Source of the DNA: Camelus ferus
Lineage: Eukaryota
Direction: 5' to 3'
DNA: 64,000 nt
NCBI RefSeq assembly: GCF_009834535.1
Contig: NC_045697.1
Span: 74,898,001 to 74,962,000, forward strand
The notes under the pieces: model-generated
The model's database searches: none
What the model was told of the DNA's origin: nothing
The model's input: the letters and a program-made list of their open reading frames with translations, nothing else
Made by a program: the position numbers and the translations under genes
Part shown: piece after piece, positions 50,728-64,000 of the stretch
How positions within the stretch are numbered: the first letter of the stretch is position 1
Layout: the number at the start of each line of letters is the position of its first letter

Positions 50728-51915
50728 GGATTCCCTTTTCTCCACATCTTTGCCAACATTGTTATTTGTGGTCTTTTTGATGACAGCCATTGTGACAAGT
50801 GTGAGGTGATATCTCATTGTGGTTTTGATTTGCATTTCCTGGATGATTAGCTAATGGTGAGAATCTTATCCTGTGCAAGTTGGTTGCTTGCATTTCCTCT
50901 TTGGAGAAATGTCTATTCAGTTCTTCTGCCCATTTTTTAATGAGTTTGTTTGGTTTTCTTGATGTTGAGTTGGGTAAGCTATTTATATATGTCAGATATT
51001 AATTCCTATAGGTCATATCATTTACAAAATATTTTCTCCTATTCAATAAATTGTCTTTTCATTTTGTCAATGGTTTCCTTTGCTGTGCAAAACCCTTTAA
51101 ATTTAATTAAGTCCCATTTACTTATCTTTGCTTTTATTTCCTTTACTTTAGGAGATGCATCCAAAAAACTATTGCTTCAATTTATGTCAATAATGCCTAT
51201 GTTTTCCTCTTGGAATTTCATAGTATCCAGTCTTACATTTAGGTCTTTAATCCATATTGAGTTTATTTTTGTATATGATGTTATGTTGTATATGTGTAAT
51301 GTTCTAATTTCATTCTTTTACATGTAGCTGTCCAGTTTTGCCTGCACTACTTACTGAAGAGACTACCTTTCTCCATTGTATATTCTTGCCTCCTTTGTCT
51401 TAGATTAATTGATCATAAGTGCATGGGTTTACTTCTGGGCTTTCTATCCTTTTCCATTGATTTATGTGTCTATTTTTGTGCCAGTACTATTCCATTTTGA
51501 TTACTGTAGCTTTATAGTTTAGTCTAAAGTTAGCGATCATGATTTCTCAGCTCTGCTCTTCTTTCTCATGATTGTTTTGACTATTCAGAGTCTTTTGTGT
51601 TTCCATACAAATTTTAAAATTGCTTGTTGTAGTTCTGTGAAGAGTTTCTTTTGACAGGGATTTTGATACAGATTGCACTGAATCTGTGGATTGTGTTGGG
51701 TAGTATGGTCACTTTAACAATATAGATTCTTCCAATCCAAGAACATGGTACATCTTTCCATCTGTTTGTGTCATCTTCACTTTCTTTCATCAGTGTCTTA
51801 TAGTTTTTGGCATATAGGACTTTTGCCTTATTCGTAGGTATTTTATTCTTTTTGATATAGTGATAAATGGGATTGTTTCCTTAATTTCTCTTTCTGATAC
51901 TTCATTGTTAGTATA
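50728..51915 (-). mobile_element. L1 ORF2 C-terminal 1.2 kb (cetartiodactyl type), lacking a 3' UTR
   Basis: gtgtgaggtgatatctcattgtggttttgatttgcatttc, ttgattactgtagcttt, gattgcactgaatctgtggattg. Reverse-homologous to 1-250. Confidence 0.93.
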
Positions 51916-52467
51916 TGTTAGTACATACTTCTGTTTTATAAGAATACTAATTTAATACAAATTGGTTTCTATTCATTAGTATATAATCTTTATAAATCCT
52001 GGGACTTGGCTGTATTTTTATTTGATTCACTGCTATATCCACTCCCATAACAATATTTAAGCTCTAAGATTTAAAGGATTCCTCCAAAGCACATTGGTAA
52101 GACTGGTGATAATCAGTCTACTTCATAGGTGCGTTGGCTGAGAGAATTCTACTCCATCACGAAGAACCAAAATAGACAAAAAGATATTTTGTCCTTGTGA
52201 GATTTTGTAAGGTTATTAAAGGCAAACTTCTAACTCAAAACTTTAATCATTCTGCAGAGATTTAGACTTTTAAACAGAAATTTATGCATCACAAACACTA
52301 TTGCATCTAAATTGAATTTTTGCTGTCTGTATTCAATATCTGAGATATATCTATTGACTCTTTAATATAGGATATTTCCTAAATGACACAGTAAGAAAAC
52401 TTTATGTAACTTTTACAGTGAGATCCTATAGACAAAGCCTGTTATGTTATAGAGAAATGAACTTTGG

Positions 52468-52635
52468 TGAGGGAGGGTATAGCTCAGTGGTAGAGTGTAT
52501 GCTTAGCATGCATGAGGTCCTGGGTTCAATCCCCAGTACCTCCTCTAAAAATAAACAAACCTAATTACCTACCCCTCACCAAAATAAAATAAATAATACA
52601 ATGATAAATAAATAAATAAAATGTTTTTAAAAAAT
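52468..52635 (+). mobile_element. Camelid tRNA-derived SINE (Vic-1-like) with 13-bp TSD, inserted into a MIR remnant (about 52440-52750)
   Basis: gggagggtatagctcagtggtagagtgtatgcttagcatgcatgaggtcctgggttcaatccccagtacc with Pol III A box TAGCTCAGTGG and B box GGTTCAATCCC. A-rich tail. TSD aaatgaactttgg at 52455-52467 and 52636-52648. Confidence 0.93.
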
Positions 52636-53136
52636 AAATGAACTTTGGACTTTGAATTAGAAAACTTGAGTCCAGTCTCAATTCTGACATTTACCAACTG
52701 TATGATTGAGAAATTCATTTAACTTTTGTAAGCCTCTTACCTGTGTGATATCAACAACAGAGTAAATGATAGATTCAAAATTTTGTTATACAGTATGAAG
52801 TATCCAGCAAACTGGAATGTCTCTTGACTCAACAAAATTTAGTTTATAATGGTCCCAGAAAATGCCCTTGCAAGTGATACTGTATCCCCACAATAAGAAA
52901 AATGAGAAGAGCATTTTGTAATGTAAAGTCGTTTGTAGCAATGTAAGATGAGTGGACTGCAGAGAATGTGTGTTCCTTATCAACTACAGGTTGGTTCATG
53001 TATTTCAACACCTCGTTCAGGCAGGTACTTGTCATTCAAGCTCATAAGTATTATTCCATTCAAATATATTTGGGCAACATAGTTCAGATCACCATGCATT
53101 TATGACTCATAAATGGCCAGAAATGAAATCTAAGGG

Positions 53137-53256
53137 TTTTTTTTTAATATATCATATTTTATTGATGTATAGTCAGTTTACAGTGTTGTGTCAATTTCTG
53201 GTGTACAGCACAATGCTTCAGTCATATAGGAACATAAATATGTTCATTTTCATATA
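53137..53256 (-). mobile_element. Very short camelid-type L1 3' end
   Basis: Poly-T plus gtatagtcagtttacagtgttgtgtcaatttctggtgtacagc; homologous to 23151-23230. Confidence 0.88.
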
Positions 53257-55349
53257 GTTGTTTTAAGTAACTATATATTGTGTCATTTGGAGTTCTTTAG
53301 CTAAGTAAAAAATAATAAATAAAAAATTATGGGAAACATATGGGGTGGTCCTCAAATCTAGGGAAGAGGAACAGCTAGGCCTTGGGACAAATAGGATGAT
53401 CTAGGAATTTTTAATTCAATGTGGATGTCATGATGGATGGCCCAGTATTATAGCCTGATGTCATGAGACACTTTGTGCTGACTACAAAAGCACTATGAAC
53501 ACGATCACTAGAGTTGCTCCCATATTCCTGAATAAATATAAACTATGCTTCTTGCTTTTCCTTATGATTTGACATTGTTCGGGTTTGTCCACAGCCAACT
53601 GTCAATGATGCAATTATCAAGAATCAAATGCTAATCTCTTTTTAAAATATTTTCCATTAATCACCTTCATTTTGGAATGTCTGCTGTCCATAGAATTTTT
53701 AATTCCTTTTAGAGATATTGTGTTTTAAGATTTTATATTTGATTCTACATTTTATGATATGGAAATGGATCAAGGAATGAACAAAACACAAACTCACAAA
53801 ACAATCATGAACTCACCAAAATCTCATGAGGTCCCATATAATTTGAAACAAGAAGATAATTAAGGAAAGAGCAATGAGAAGCCACAGCTTCTGATGTCAT
53901 CACCATGTGCTTTTAGGTCATTCTTTGAACAATTCGTCAAATTTGCAAGTAATTCTTGAGTAAAAGTCTTAAGCATTTCTCTATGCAAATTAATTCAACC
54001 ATTTTTTTAAACTGAAGGGTTTCAAAGCATAATTCTATATCTTTGTATAGCAAAATGAGAGTATTTCTTCTTAGAATATACTTAACATCTGAATCTATGT
54101 TTTTTCTTACAACAAACAGATAAATGCCAACATGGTTCTTGAGCAAACTGATAGAAAGTGCTCTTGAGACACACTGGACTGACTACGTGAGAACAATGTG
54201 ATGCATAGGATATAATTATACACAGTTACACAAAGAAATCTTAGCTATTATGTCACGTATCAATGTAAACAAGAATGAACCTGGTTGAGGTAACATTTAG
54301 TAAGTGATACTACTTACCTGAGCTACCTTCTCTGAGCATCAGCATTGTGATGCCAACCATTGGCAGTTGAGGTGCACCTGTCCCCCAGTGTATGATGTGA
54401 CAATATGTGAAGGTTTTTTTTTAAACTCATGATCTCATAAAAGAAATGAATTAATTGGAAACAACCAAACATACATTAAAGATTTAGAGCTACCCTGTTT
54501 GCTATACTGCTCACATTAGATTGACTATTTTAAAAATTATTGACAAATATTTTATGTGTTCCTGGTATTAATTCAATGCATTTACTCTAGAAACTAGCAA
54601 TGGTTTTTAATCTCACAGAGATTTAAAATCCTTGGTCAAATGAGATGAAGGAATATAGTCTTTGCTTAGTTCTCAAATAATTCAGTGATCCCTCTTTCTT
54701 CTGGCTCTCCAAAATCAATGCCAATTAACCCTAGAATAATTTCTACCCTGTATAGAAAATATAAATCCAAGTCCACAAACTCAGGTACAATTAGCCTATC
54801 TTTATTTTTTCTACGACTAAATTGTAACAAGTCTCTATTGAACTACATGATGAAATTAATCTTTGCTTGGGTCTTTTAACATTATCCTGAAATTTTATCT
54901 GGGTTCTCCAGTGAGAGTGAAGTGGGGAGTGGGGCTTTGTGTGGTAAATGGGGTGAGGTAAATGGCATGTCTTGTCTGAGTCATCATCACTGATTTATTC
55001 TGCCTTCTGCTCGAATATTCTCTTTTCAGAATGGGTAGAGCTGTCTTCCCGTAGACCATTGCCGTATTTCCCTTTTTAACATCACCGTGGCTTGAGATCG
55101 TCAATCTTCTGTGTCATTTCAATGTTGTCCTTGGATGTAGGGAATATATTCAACTGTTCCAACAGCACATTTGGGTGCAGGCAACTCTGTGGCACTTTCT
55201 CAGGCTTCTCTTCCCAGACAGTGCAAACTACTACTCTACCACACTGTCATGCTGGGAACAGGGAATCCTGGAGACTGGCTGCCTCCCCAGATCCTATTCA
55301 GAAGTGGAAGGCAGAAACTCCCTTGGAATTTTCACAGTAAAATGTACTT

Positions 55350-56108
55350 CTTGGTATTCTTCAACTCAGCAAATGTCACTGGCAATTACACAGTTGATCA
55401 GATCAGAAACTTGGATTTATCCTTGATTCTTCTTTTCTTTCCCCTCATCCTCATCCAGTCTATTGCAAAATTTTCTCAGCTCTATCTTAAGCTATATTCC
55501 TAAGCCATTTCTTCTCAACACTCCATTGTTACCTCTTAATTCACACCGGCATGTGGTCTTACCTGGCTTACAGCAGTAACTCCTTCACTGGCTTCTGTTA
55601 ATTCCCTACTTCTACAATTACTGCCCTCCTCCCACCTCCAGAGTAACCTGCTGAAAACTTAAATCAAATTACACAACTCTTCTGCTCAAAACTCTCCAGT
55701 GACTTGTTGTAATGTGGAGAATAATATCCACCTTTTGTACCAAGGTCTACAAGGCCCTGGTCACTCTGTTTCTTCAAGTCTGGGCTTGTCATTTCTTGAA
55801 TATGTTGAGCTCATTCTTTCCCTGAGTCTTTACAATTTCTCATTTCCTGGTCTCCCCCATATTACTCTTTTGAATCCTTAAGATATCTTTGATACCACCT
55901 CCTCAAGGAAGCCTTCATCTTATTCCTTTACCTGACCTATTTTTCTTTACAACATTTATTACCACCCCAAATTAATTATTTGTTTATGATCTTGTCTGTC
56001 TTCACCACTGGCCTGTACTTTATCTTCCCAACTGCAATCCATAGCGTATAATATATTGCCTGGTACATAGTAGGCCATTAATAAATACTTTTCCAGTGGA
56101 TGAATGCA
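55350..56108 (+). mobile_element. L2 LINE 3' portion
   Basis: cagaaacttggatttatccttgattcttc...aaatcaaattacacaactcttctgctcaaaactctccagtgact...gcctggtacatagtaggccattaataaatac...tggatgaatg. Confidence 0.85.
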
Positions 56109-56602
56109 CTTGATACTGGAAACAGAGTGAGAATAGGCCAGTGCTTTATTTTCACTATATTTATTTTGGAGATTAAATCTGAGCTCAAGGAGGTGTCTCT
56201 CATTTGATAGAAGATACAGAGATACTTCTTATGACTGATTATAAAATTTTACCTCTGGCTTCAGCAGAATGTGATTTTTTACTATTTAACCATGTCATGC
56301 CCACTATTATAAAACATCCAAGAGTCAAGAAGATGTGCATCATCCTAAATCCAAAATCCACAAACCAGAATGCTATTTTAAGTAGCAGAAAATAATGAAA
56401 TCATGGCCTGGAAATCCTTCTATAAACCATAGTAACTGAAATGTTCACGAACCTTGCCGAGTGTGTGCAGCAATACTGGCATAGGGCATTAAGAGTTTCT
56501 GGAAAATGTGAATAGCGTACATTAGTCATTTATCATTAAGCCGTGGAGGCTTTGTATTACTGTCAGCTTTGTTTTTGTTAATAGTGTTTGACATTTATAT
56601 AC

Positions 56603-57075
56603 CCCAGGGCTCTTTCAGGTCTAAGTGACTGGAACTCAATTTAAACTAGCTCAGGCAAAGAACAGTATTTATTGGCTGATGAAACTGGCAAATTGAGACT
56701 GGAATCTGGACTCAAATGTTATTATCATGGATTGAGCGCTCTCTGTCTCTTGGTTCTGCTTCTCGCTACTTCTACATATGTGTTGGCCTCTATCTTCTAC
56801 ATGGATAGGCTCTCATCATATAGCAGAAAAGTAATCTCAGGTCTACATCATTAGAACTTGTGATCTAAATAGAAGCGTCTTCTGCAGCAAATATAGCTAA
56901 AGTATCCCTGAGAGGATTCTGATTCGTCAAACTTAGTCCTAGATCTATACTAACCTTGTGTTGGGGAGATATTATATTATGATTGGATCAAATTTGATCC
57001 CTCTTTTTGGCACAGAGGAGGAGGAGTGAGGCACATGATTGGCAGTTCCTCTAGGAGCATATGAAGTCAGGAAGA
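56603..57075 (-). mobile_element. MaLR LTR (MLT1K/L-like)
   Basis: cagggctctttcaggtctaagtgactggaactcaatttaaactagctcaggcaaagaacagtatttattggctgatgaaactgg. Confidence 0.65.
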
Positions 57076-57279
57076 TGTTTCTCAGAAACCAAAAATGGGA
57101 ATGGGAAATCATGTTGAGTTGGTAAAGCATTAAAGTTACTACTATCCATACACAAACATTGCTTCAAACTTCTTTAGACCAAAAAAAGGACAATGTATTT
57201 GTGAAAGAAAAAAACCTAAGTGCTGGGCCTTATTATTTATGTTATTGATCTCCTTCAGTAACTGAAAATAATACATTGG

Positions 57280-57515
57280 AAATATCAGATATATAATTCC
57301 AGCTAATCCCAGAAATTCCAACTTTAGAAATAGTACTATTCAGAATCAAGCTCTCACAGAATAAAGAAAAAATGGTCAAAAGATGAAAACAATGAGATGG
57401 AAAATCAATAGAAATGAAGGATAGAAACCAAAGCGATAGGTGTTTCTGAAGGAAACAAAGTAGCAAAGAGAAAAACAATAATTATAAATCTAGGAGAAGA
57501 AAAATTTCTTGAGTT
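57280..57515 (+). mobile_element. Old L1/HAL1 ORF1-like fragment
   Basis: A-rich; gaaatgaaggatagaaaccaaag..ataggtgtttctgaagga...gaagaaaaatttcttgag. Confidence 0.4.
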
Positions 57516-60500
57516 ACAGTTCTTAAATTAGGTTAATCTATTTGCATCATATGTTATGTATGAGAAAATATACCCTCCACTTTCTAGCACCTCCTTTTCA
57601 TTTATGTATTGGCTGTTCACATGGGCTTGTTTATATCTTGATTTTCTATCTGTAGTCCACCTCGTTTCTTGCTGTATTTCCCTGTAGAACTGGTACCCAG
57701 CCCTGAACCTCACATAGAATGGCAGAACCTATATTTTGCTCAATATTGCCTGAATCTTGACCCTTGCTTCCTATTCCCCTCTTAACTTTTCACTCTCTTT
57801 GACCATCCTGCTATGCAGAGAAGATCCTATTGAACTCACAACAGCTCAAATGTTTTCTGGAACATTCTTGACTCTTTGCTCACTAGAATAACTTTACGGC
57901 AACAAAGACATGCAGAATCTTATTGAGTTACATGCCTTGGCTGACCCAGCTGTGGTCACCAGAACCGTCTCTATAGCTACTTGTTTTCTGCCCCTAGTAC
58001 CAGGGCTGATAATCAGCTAATATGCTTCAGTGCAACAAACAAGATGGAATCTGATCTGATTGGTTGGAGGGGAGGCATTCTCCTTTGGAAGTTACTGCAT
58101 TTTCCTACTCCTTCCTAAAACCATCTGAGACCCTAGTGAACTGGCCTGTTTCTTTCTCTCTTCGTCCCCATTAGCACAATTTGTGAGAGCTCAGAATGCT
58201 TTTCAGGCTAATCTGAACACTACAGGTCATCTCAGAGATTTTTTCTCTTCTCAAAAAGCAAGAGAAATATTCAGTTTCTTCCTATTTGGTAAAATTATCT
58301 CCTGATTTTGGAGGTGGAGTATTCCTAGTAGGTCCCATTTCCACACTGGTTCAGATGTGCTGTGTCTGTTTCTATAGGCCAAAGCAGTGACCGGGACAAG
58401 GAGCTGAGTATGACTGCTGCTGATGGCTTTTTCTGGGAACACTGCTTTATTGGCTCTGTCTTGATTTGGGCATTGATAACCAAGCCCCAGCCTGGGAAAA
58501 ACTCCTTAAAGGGTGAGTTTGGATTTGCATCTTGGTTTCCCAAATGTTTTTTATTTCAGAATGTGGCAGTTGGAAAATCCTCACTGACTTTTGGCCCATT
58601 TAACTTGTTTACAGATTAAGAGGTACATGAAATCTCTTATTACTTAAGTTATAATAAAGCTGAATGCTGGAGTAATTAATCAAGAATATATTCCATAAAT
58701 CAAGTAATGTTTCTTATATCACAGATTAAGTTTAATTTTCCTTGTTCTATTAAACTGTATTGGATAAGCCTCCTTGGTTACCCATTTCACATCTAATTCC
58801 TCTAGCAACAATGCTTATATTTTTCTCAAGTTTTAAAAGTTAATTTGTAGCATTACCATTGTCTAGATTTTGAGGACTTGAGAGTGAGGGGTAGGCTAGA
58901 TTCACCTCCTCTCAGGAGACTAAAAATGCACCATGTGCTTGACAAGACTTTGAATTTTTTTTCCCCATAAGGCAAATCCCAGGACACACATGGAAATGAG
59001 CCATGACTGAATACAGACAACACAGTCTGCAGTTAACCTTGTATACATAGCATGGTTGGAAACTTATGACCCTTGGTTCCCAACACCCCACCCTTCCCTA
59101 ATTGTTTAGTTCTGTAAGTACAGCAGTTTAAAGTGAAGAAGGTGTTGACAGGGTTTATTTCTTTTTTCAAGGCAAATAACTGGGGCAGTGATCTCTGTTG
59201 GAATTCTTCTTTGAGTTAGAAGTGTGAAATAGGAGGGCCATAGTCCACTTTTGCAAAAGTTCATGTGATACCCACATACAACTTTTGAATTGTCAAGCAG
59301 AAGTTGTAGCATTATTCTATACAATGAAGAAGTTTCCAGATTTCATACTTCTTTTCATTATCTTCCCAAATTGTTGACTTAGCATTATTAAAGGAAAATG
59401 TATTCATAATAATCAGTTGATCAAATAAATCATTGAAAAGGGAAGACTGGGTATTACCTTCTCTATGGAAACTTTGCTAGGCATGTGGCTTTCAAGAATG
59501 AGGCAGCTGTGTTAGAGTTGGTCTGACAGTTTCCTCTGCAGTTTATTTTAATGAATTCATACAGATACACCTAATATGTTGTGTATTCATCAGCCTGCAC
59601 TGCTGACAGTTATATTACATAAAGTTCAGCATAAGACCCAAGCGTAGAGCTCCAAACCAGCATTTCAGAGCAAAGACTGCACATTCAATTAAACTCAAAT
59701 TATCCAGTACCACTCTTTATCCTATAAAACACCGAAGGAAATAGAAAAGGCAAGCTGCTACTTACAATGTTTTTCTGTTGCTTGATTCAGTGATTCTCCA
59801 GACAGCTATAAACTGAGATCTTGTTTGTGATGCTTCTCTAGCCATGTATCCCCTAGCAGCCTATATGGGGGGAAAAATTCAAATGTTACAGGGCTAAATG
59901 TCAGCCCTTATAAGTAGTGGACTTCAGATCCAAGAGTACACTTTGGCTTTGACAGCATATGCTATGACTTCCAAAGGGATTCTTTGCAGATGTTATTATG
60001 CTGTTTATGACATAATGTCTTTCCAGCATAGTCAGATAACTGAAAGTGATCAACAAAAGGAGGGTGATGTTAAGGAAAGAGGGAGGATTCATTTGTGTGC
60101 ATGATTTCATGAGAAGAGTAATTGGAGCATCACATATTTTAGAGTGATGGCCAAATAATACACACTGGGCAGAACCACTTCTTACTTGCTATTCCAAGAG
60201 AACCTGAAATACAGATGTTACCAGTGCATTTGCAATGAAAATATCCCTTCCTTGAAAATGAAATTAAAGCAGGACCATTAAGATGCATGAAGGTCAAGTT
60301 CTTTGTGGCCCAATTTCTTTGAGCAATTTTTAAAACACTTCCTAAGCATTTTATGAGCTATGAAAGCAGTGGGGAAACTGTGCAGCCACATAAAGTTCAC
60401 ATGCTAAGTACACTGCTGGAAAATATACAGCAAACATGAGGAATCAGTGAAGCTTCCTGACAAATACTGTGGTCCTAAGGCAGAGTTCTGCCTCAAATTG

Positions 60501-61149
60501 TGTTTGTTAACCAGTAGGAATGCTTTTAAGGTTTCTCCTGTCACTTGGAATAAAATTATTAAGTTACAGTTATACAAGCAAAGGTCTTGCATTCATGTAG
60601 TTTCATTTTGCTATCATCATAATGTTGGAAGTAAGGAAGAAAGGTTTTTTGACTTCAGAGGCGGATTTTTTTTTTCTCTTCTGAAATATAGGTCATGTTA
60701 GTTTAATATCAGAGATGAATTATTTGGAAGCAAATTATGCAGTAGCTTTTTTATTTCTTCTGTATTTCACGATTCATTTTCTGTAACAGTACATAGTTTT
60801 GATCTATAGTTAGCCTGATTTAGAAGTATTTCTTTTCTTTAGGACCTCTACATATCTTCCCTCCTTTTATCTCCAGATTAGATTGCTGTGATGTTATTTT
60901 AAGGTTCAGAAGCTTCAGTTAAGCAAAGCATGTGGAAGGACATGCAAAATACTTATCTTAATGACTGTCAGCAAGCGTATACTTCAAGTTTGCTTGGCAT
61001 CACAAATATGCCAGAGAGTGTATGTTGATTTGGATGATAAGGAACCGTTGAGACAGTTGGAACTTAAAAAAAGAAAATCTAGTTTAGGATTCTAATAAAT
61101 AACATCCTGTGCTTGAATGTTTTTCTAGAATCCAGAAATCCTATAGAAG

Positions 61150-61260
61150 AAATACTGACCTCGTAGACGTTAACAGTTGGAGGGTACTTCAGAGATAAGC
61201 TGGTCCAACCCTCTCATTTTACAGATAAGAAAACTGAGAGGTGACTTAGTCAAGCATTAC
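61150..61260 (-). mobile_element. MIR fragment
   Basis: ggtccaaccctctcattttacagataagaaaactgagag. Confidence 0.7.
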
Positions 61261-62008
61261 CCTTCACAGATGTTTTGATATATGACTAATCTTTTAAATG
61301 GACTTGAAAAAGATTCAATAATACATATAATTTTTCATAATGAACAACTACTTTAGTTTTCTACTAAAGGCAGCCTGAATAGAAGAAATAGTTTTGGAAA
61401 TTTGAACCTTAGCACTTTCAAAGTTCACATTTTTTAAATAGTAGGATTAAATAATACAACTGTTCTGTTATAGGAAGTAGACGCTTGTTATGATGTTAAC
61501 CTATAATGAAAAAGGCACCAAACCAGTTCTTTCATCAGAGTAGCACAAAGCTAACCTGTAAAAAACATTATTATTCTTTCTAGGCATACGACTTAGTCTT
61601 TGTTTTCAAAAGGACATTTGTTCCCTATCAGTCTTTTCTTTAGGATTGTTATTCCAAAGAGCTGTTGAAGAGGTAAATAGTAAGGAGAACTGGGGTGGGG
61701 GGAAGTAAATCTTGTAGAAAGAAAGCAAATTAACTCTCAGAAGGAAACATGATGAGGATAAACATTTAAATAGGAACAATCAAAGAAGATGTTAAAATTG
61801 GAGCTAGTCTCTTTGGTGAACTTAAAGTGCTAAAGCTATCATAATACAAGTGAGATTTACAAAGAGAAAACTCTGTCCAGTGGCCACAAAATGAAAATCT
61901 ATTCTAACCACTAAATCATGGAGACTCACCTTTGGTTTAAAATTAAACCCAGTGAGAAAGCATTAATCACAATATCAAGCCTGTCACGAACAACTGAAGA
62001 AAAAGGGG

Positions 62009-62401
62009 TTTTTTTAATTATTTAAATTTTTTTAACTTGAAGTATAGTTGATGTACAATGTTTTGTTAGTTTCAGGTGTCTAGCAAAGTGATTCAGTTGT
62101 ACATATAAATACATATATATTTATTCTTTTTCAGGTTCTTTTTCATTATAGGTTATTACAAGCTATTGAATATAGTTCCTTGTGCTATATTGTAGAAATG
62201 TATCCATTTTATATATATAGTGGTGTGTATATGTTAATCCTAAACTCCTAATTTATCCCTCCTCTTTCCCCTTTGGTAACCATAAGTTTGTTTTCTATGT
62301 CCATGAGTCTATTTCTGGTTTGTAAATAAGTTCATTTGTATCATTTTTAAAAAATTCTGCATATAAGTGATGTCATATGATATTTGTCTTTCTCTGACTT
62401 A
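62009..62401 (-). mobile_element. 5'-truncated cetartiodactyl/camelid L1 3' UTR
   Basis: Poly-T, gaagtatagttgatgtacaatg...ccctttggtaaccataagtttgttttctatgtc...tatttgtctttctctgactt. Partial flanking repeat tgaagaa. Confidence 0.92.
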
Positions 62402-62879
62402 TGAAGAACACATTTTAAAAGCACACATTATGCTGATTTTATTATTCTGCTAATGGAGGAAGAAAAACCTAAGCCTAAGAGATAGATGAGGAATAAAGAA
62501 TAGGGCACTAAGAATTCTTGGTTTTGTTACAAGCTTCACAGCTTACTGATGGTGTCAATATTCTGAAAAGGCTTAACACATTTAAATATTTTTAAATTCT
62601 TACTTTCTGTCTTTTTCAACCAAGAAACTTAGCTCTGAGGAAAGCTCTCTTTGGGAAATATGAGTGAGCTTGTGAGTTTTTGGTTACTTGGAAGCCAATT
62701 AGCTTTTCCCGCTAAATTTCAAAAATAAATTAATAAAAGTTCTCAGGTTATGGAAGAAAGGCAGCATTTTAAGAAGTAAAAGAAGTTTCCTTTATATCAG
62801 TGTGAAGGAATACTTTGGGCCAAAGTAGCTCTTGGTACAATAAAATGATCCTAATTCTACATGTCATTATTCTGATAGC

Positions 62880-63258
62880 TTTTTTAAAATGCAAGTTTAG
62901 GTGATTTACAATATTATATTAATTTCAAATGTATGGCATAGTGATTCAGTATTTTTACTGCTTATTCTTCACTAGAATTTATTACAAGATAAGTCTATAA
63001 TTCCCTGTGTTATACAATATATCCTTGTTGCTTTTCTAGTTTGTACATAGTAGTTTGTATGTCTTAATCCCATATCTCTAATTTGTTCCTCACTCCTCCC
63101 CTTTCCCCATTGGTAACCATTAGTTTGTTTTCTATATCTGTGAGTCCGTTTCTGTTTTGCATATTATGCTTAGTGAAATAAGTCAGGCAGAGAACGACAA
63201 ATACTGTATGATATCACTTGTATGTGGAATCTAAAAAAAAATACAAATGAGTATCTAT
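62880..63258 (-). mobile_element. Short L1 3' end with 5' inversion (antisense 62880-63163, sense 63164-63258)
   Basis: Antisense 3' UTR up to gagtccgtttctgttttgcata, then sense ttatgcttagtgaaataagtcaggcagagaacgacaaatactgtatgatatcac...tacaaatg. Confidence 0.9.
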
Positions 63259-64000
63259 GTCCTCATATCGTAATGCTTCTTCCTGAGTATTTTCCTGTGA
63301 GAGTCCTGATATGTCTGAGATCTGGATCCAGAACTCCCATTGGTTCAAAATGAAGTCCTTGTTCCTCTCCACAGTAAATTAAGAATAAAACATTAAGAGG
63401 GAATCCTTTAGTTTTCACGCATTTTAGTAAAAATCATTTTCTATGTAGATGCCTAATCTTTTCCCCAGTCACCTAGCTTGAGTCCTTGAGGAAAATGACT
63501 CCATTTATAGGATACTGTTATAAATTGGTGTTGTGTCTAAAGTGATTTTGCAGCTAGGCAAATGTCAGCTAATGTGGCAAAGAGCAGAATCATGTGTTTT
63601 ACCTTAATATGGTAAAGTTGTCTACTTTTCCTTAATATCCTTTAGGAGGGCCCAGAAACAGAGCTCCTCCAAGGGATGTTAAACACCTGATGATGAATGA
63701 TTCTGCAAGTGATGCTCAGGGATCAAAGTTCTAGCCAGAGAGGAATGATGGAAAAAGTGCATGCTGGCAGAAAAATCAGAGCTGTTTGGGTCTTGGCCAC
63801 CACATTTATACAGAAAAAAATCAAAGAAGTTGAAACTGCTCATCTTGGCTGACTTTCCTACCACCTCCCACTCTTTCCAACCTTCCAAACTCACTTTTTG
63901 GAATATGGACACAGCTGATTCCCTCTGAAAGATGGAAGAGATGGCTACATGTGTCTTGCAGATGGAATAAAATGAGGGTCTGGCATTTCTGGAAATAGAT

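Noticed and set aside
50950..51327. 125-aa hydrophobic ORF, longest in the window
   Set aside because: Lies wholly within an antisense L1.
52470..52542. tRNA-like sequence
   Set aside because: Head of a SINE with an A-rich tail and TSD; no proper acceptor stem or oligo-T terminator.
63685..63790. C/D snoRNA-like TGATGA box
   Set aside because: No suitably placed CTGA D box or terminal stem.

Overview
AT-rich, CpG-depleted mammalian nuclear DNA, very probably from a camelid (camel, llama or alpaca). The species call rests on a tRNA-derived Vic-1-type SINE at 52468-52635 and several short, young cetartiodactyl-type L1 3' ends. I cannot support any protein-coding gene, RNA gene or CRISPR-like system. 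The ORF-track entries are transposon remnants (L1 ORF2, ERVL pro/pol) or chance ORFs. Positions 1-31600 and 48000-64000 are a patchwork of L1, L2, L3/CR1, MIR, MaLR/ERVL/ERV1 LTRs and a Tigger remnant. The interval 31650-48000 is notably repeat-poor and may hold constrained non-coding elements of a large intron or gene desert. I found no novel biological system. The best-supported oddities are mechanistic footprints: an L1 3' transduction inside a 12-bp TSD, a short segment present in three copies (one inverted inside a (TA)n tract), a perfect 66-bp tandem duplication in an ancient CR1, two twin-primed (5'-inverted) L1s, and a three-level LTR nest whose youngest LTR carries adjacent AP-1/ARE and NF-kB motifs. 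Repeat subfamily names come from my recall of consensus sequences rather than an alignment, and old-repeat boundaries are approximate (tens of bp).
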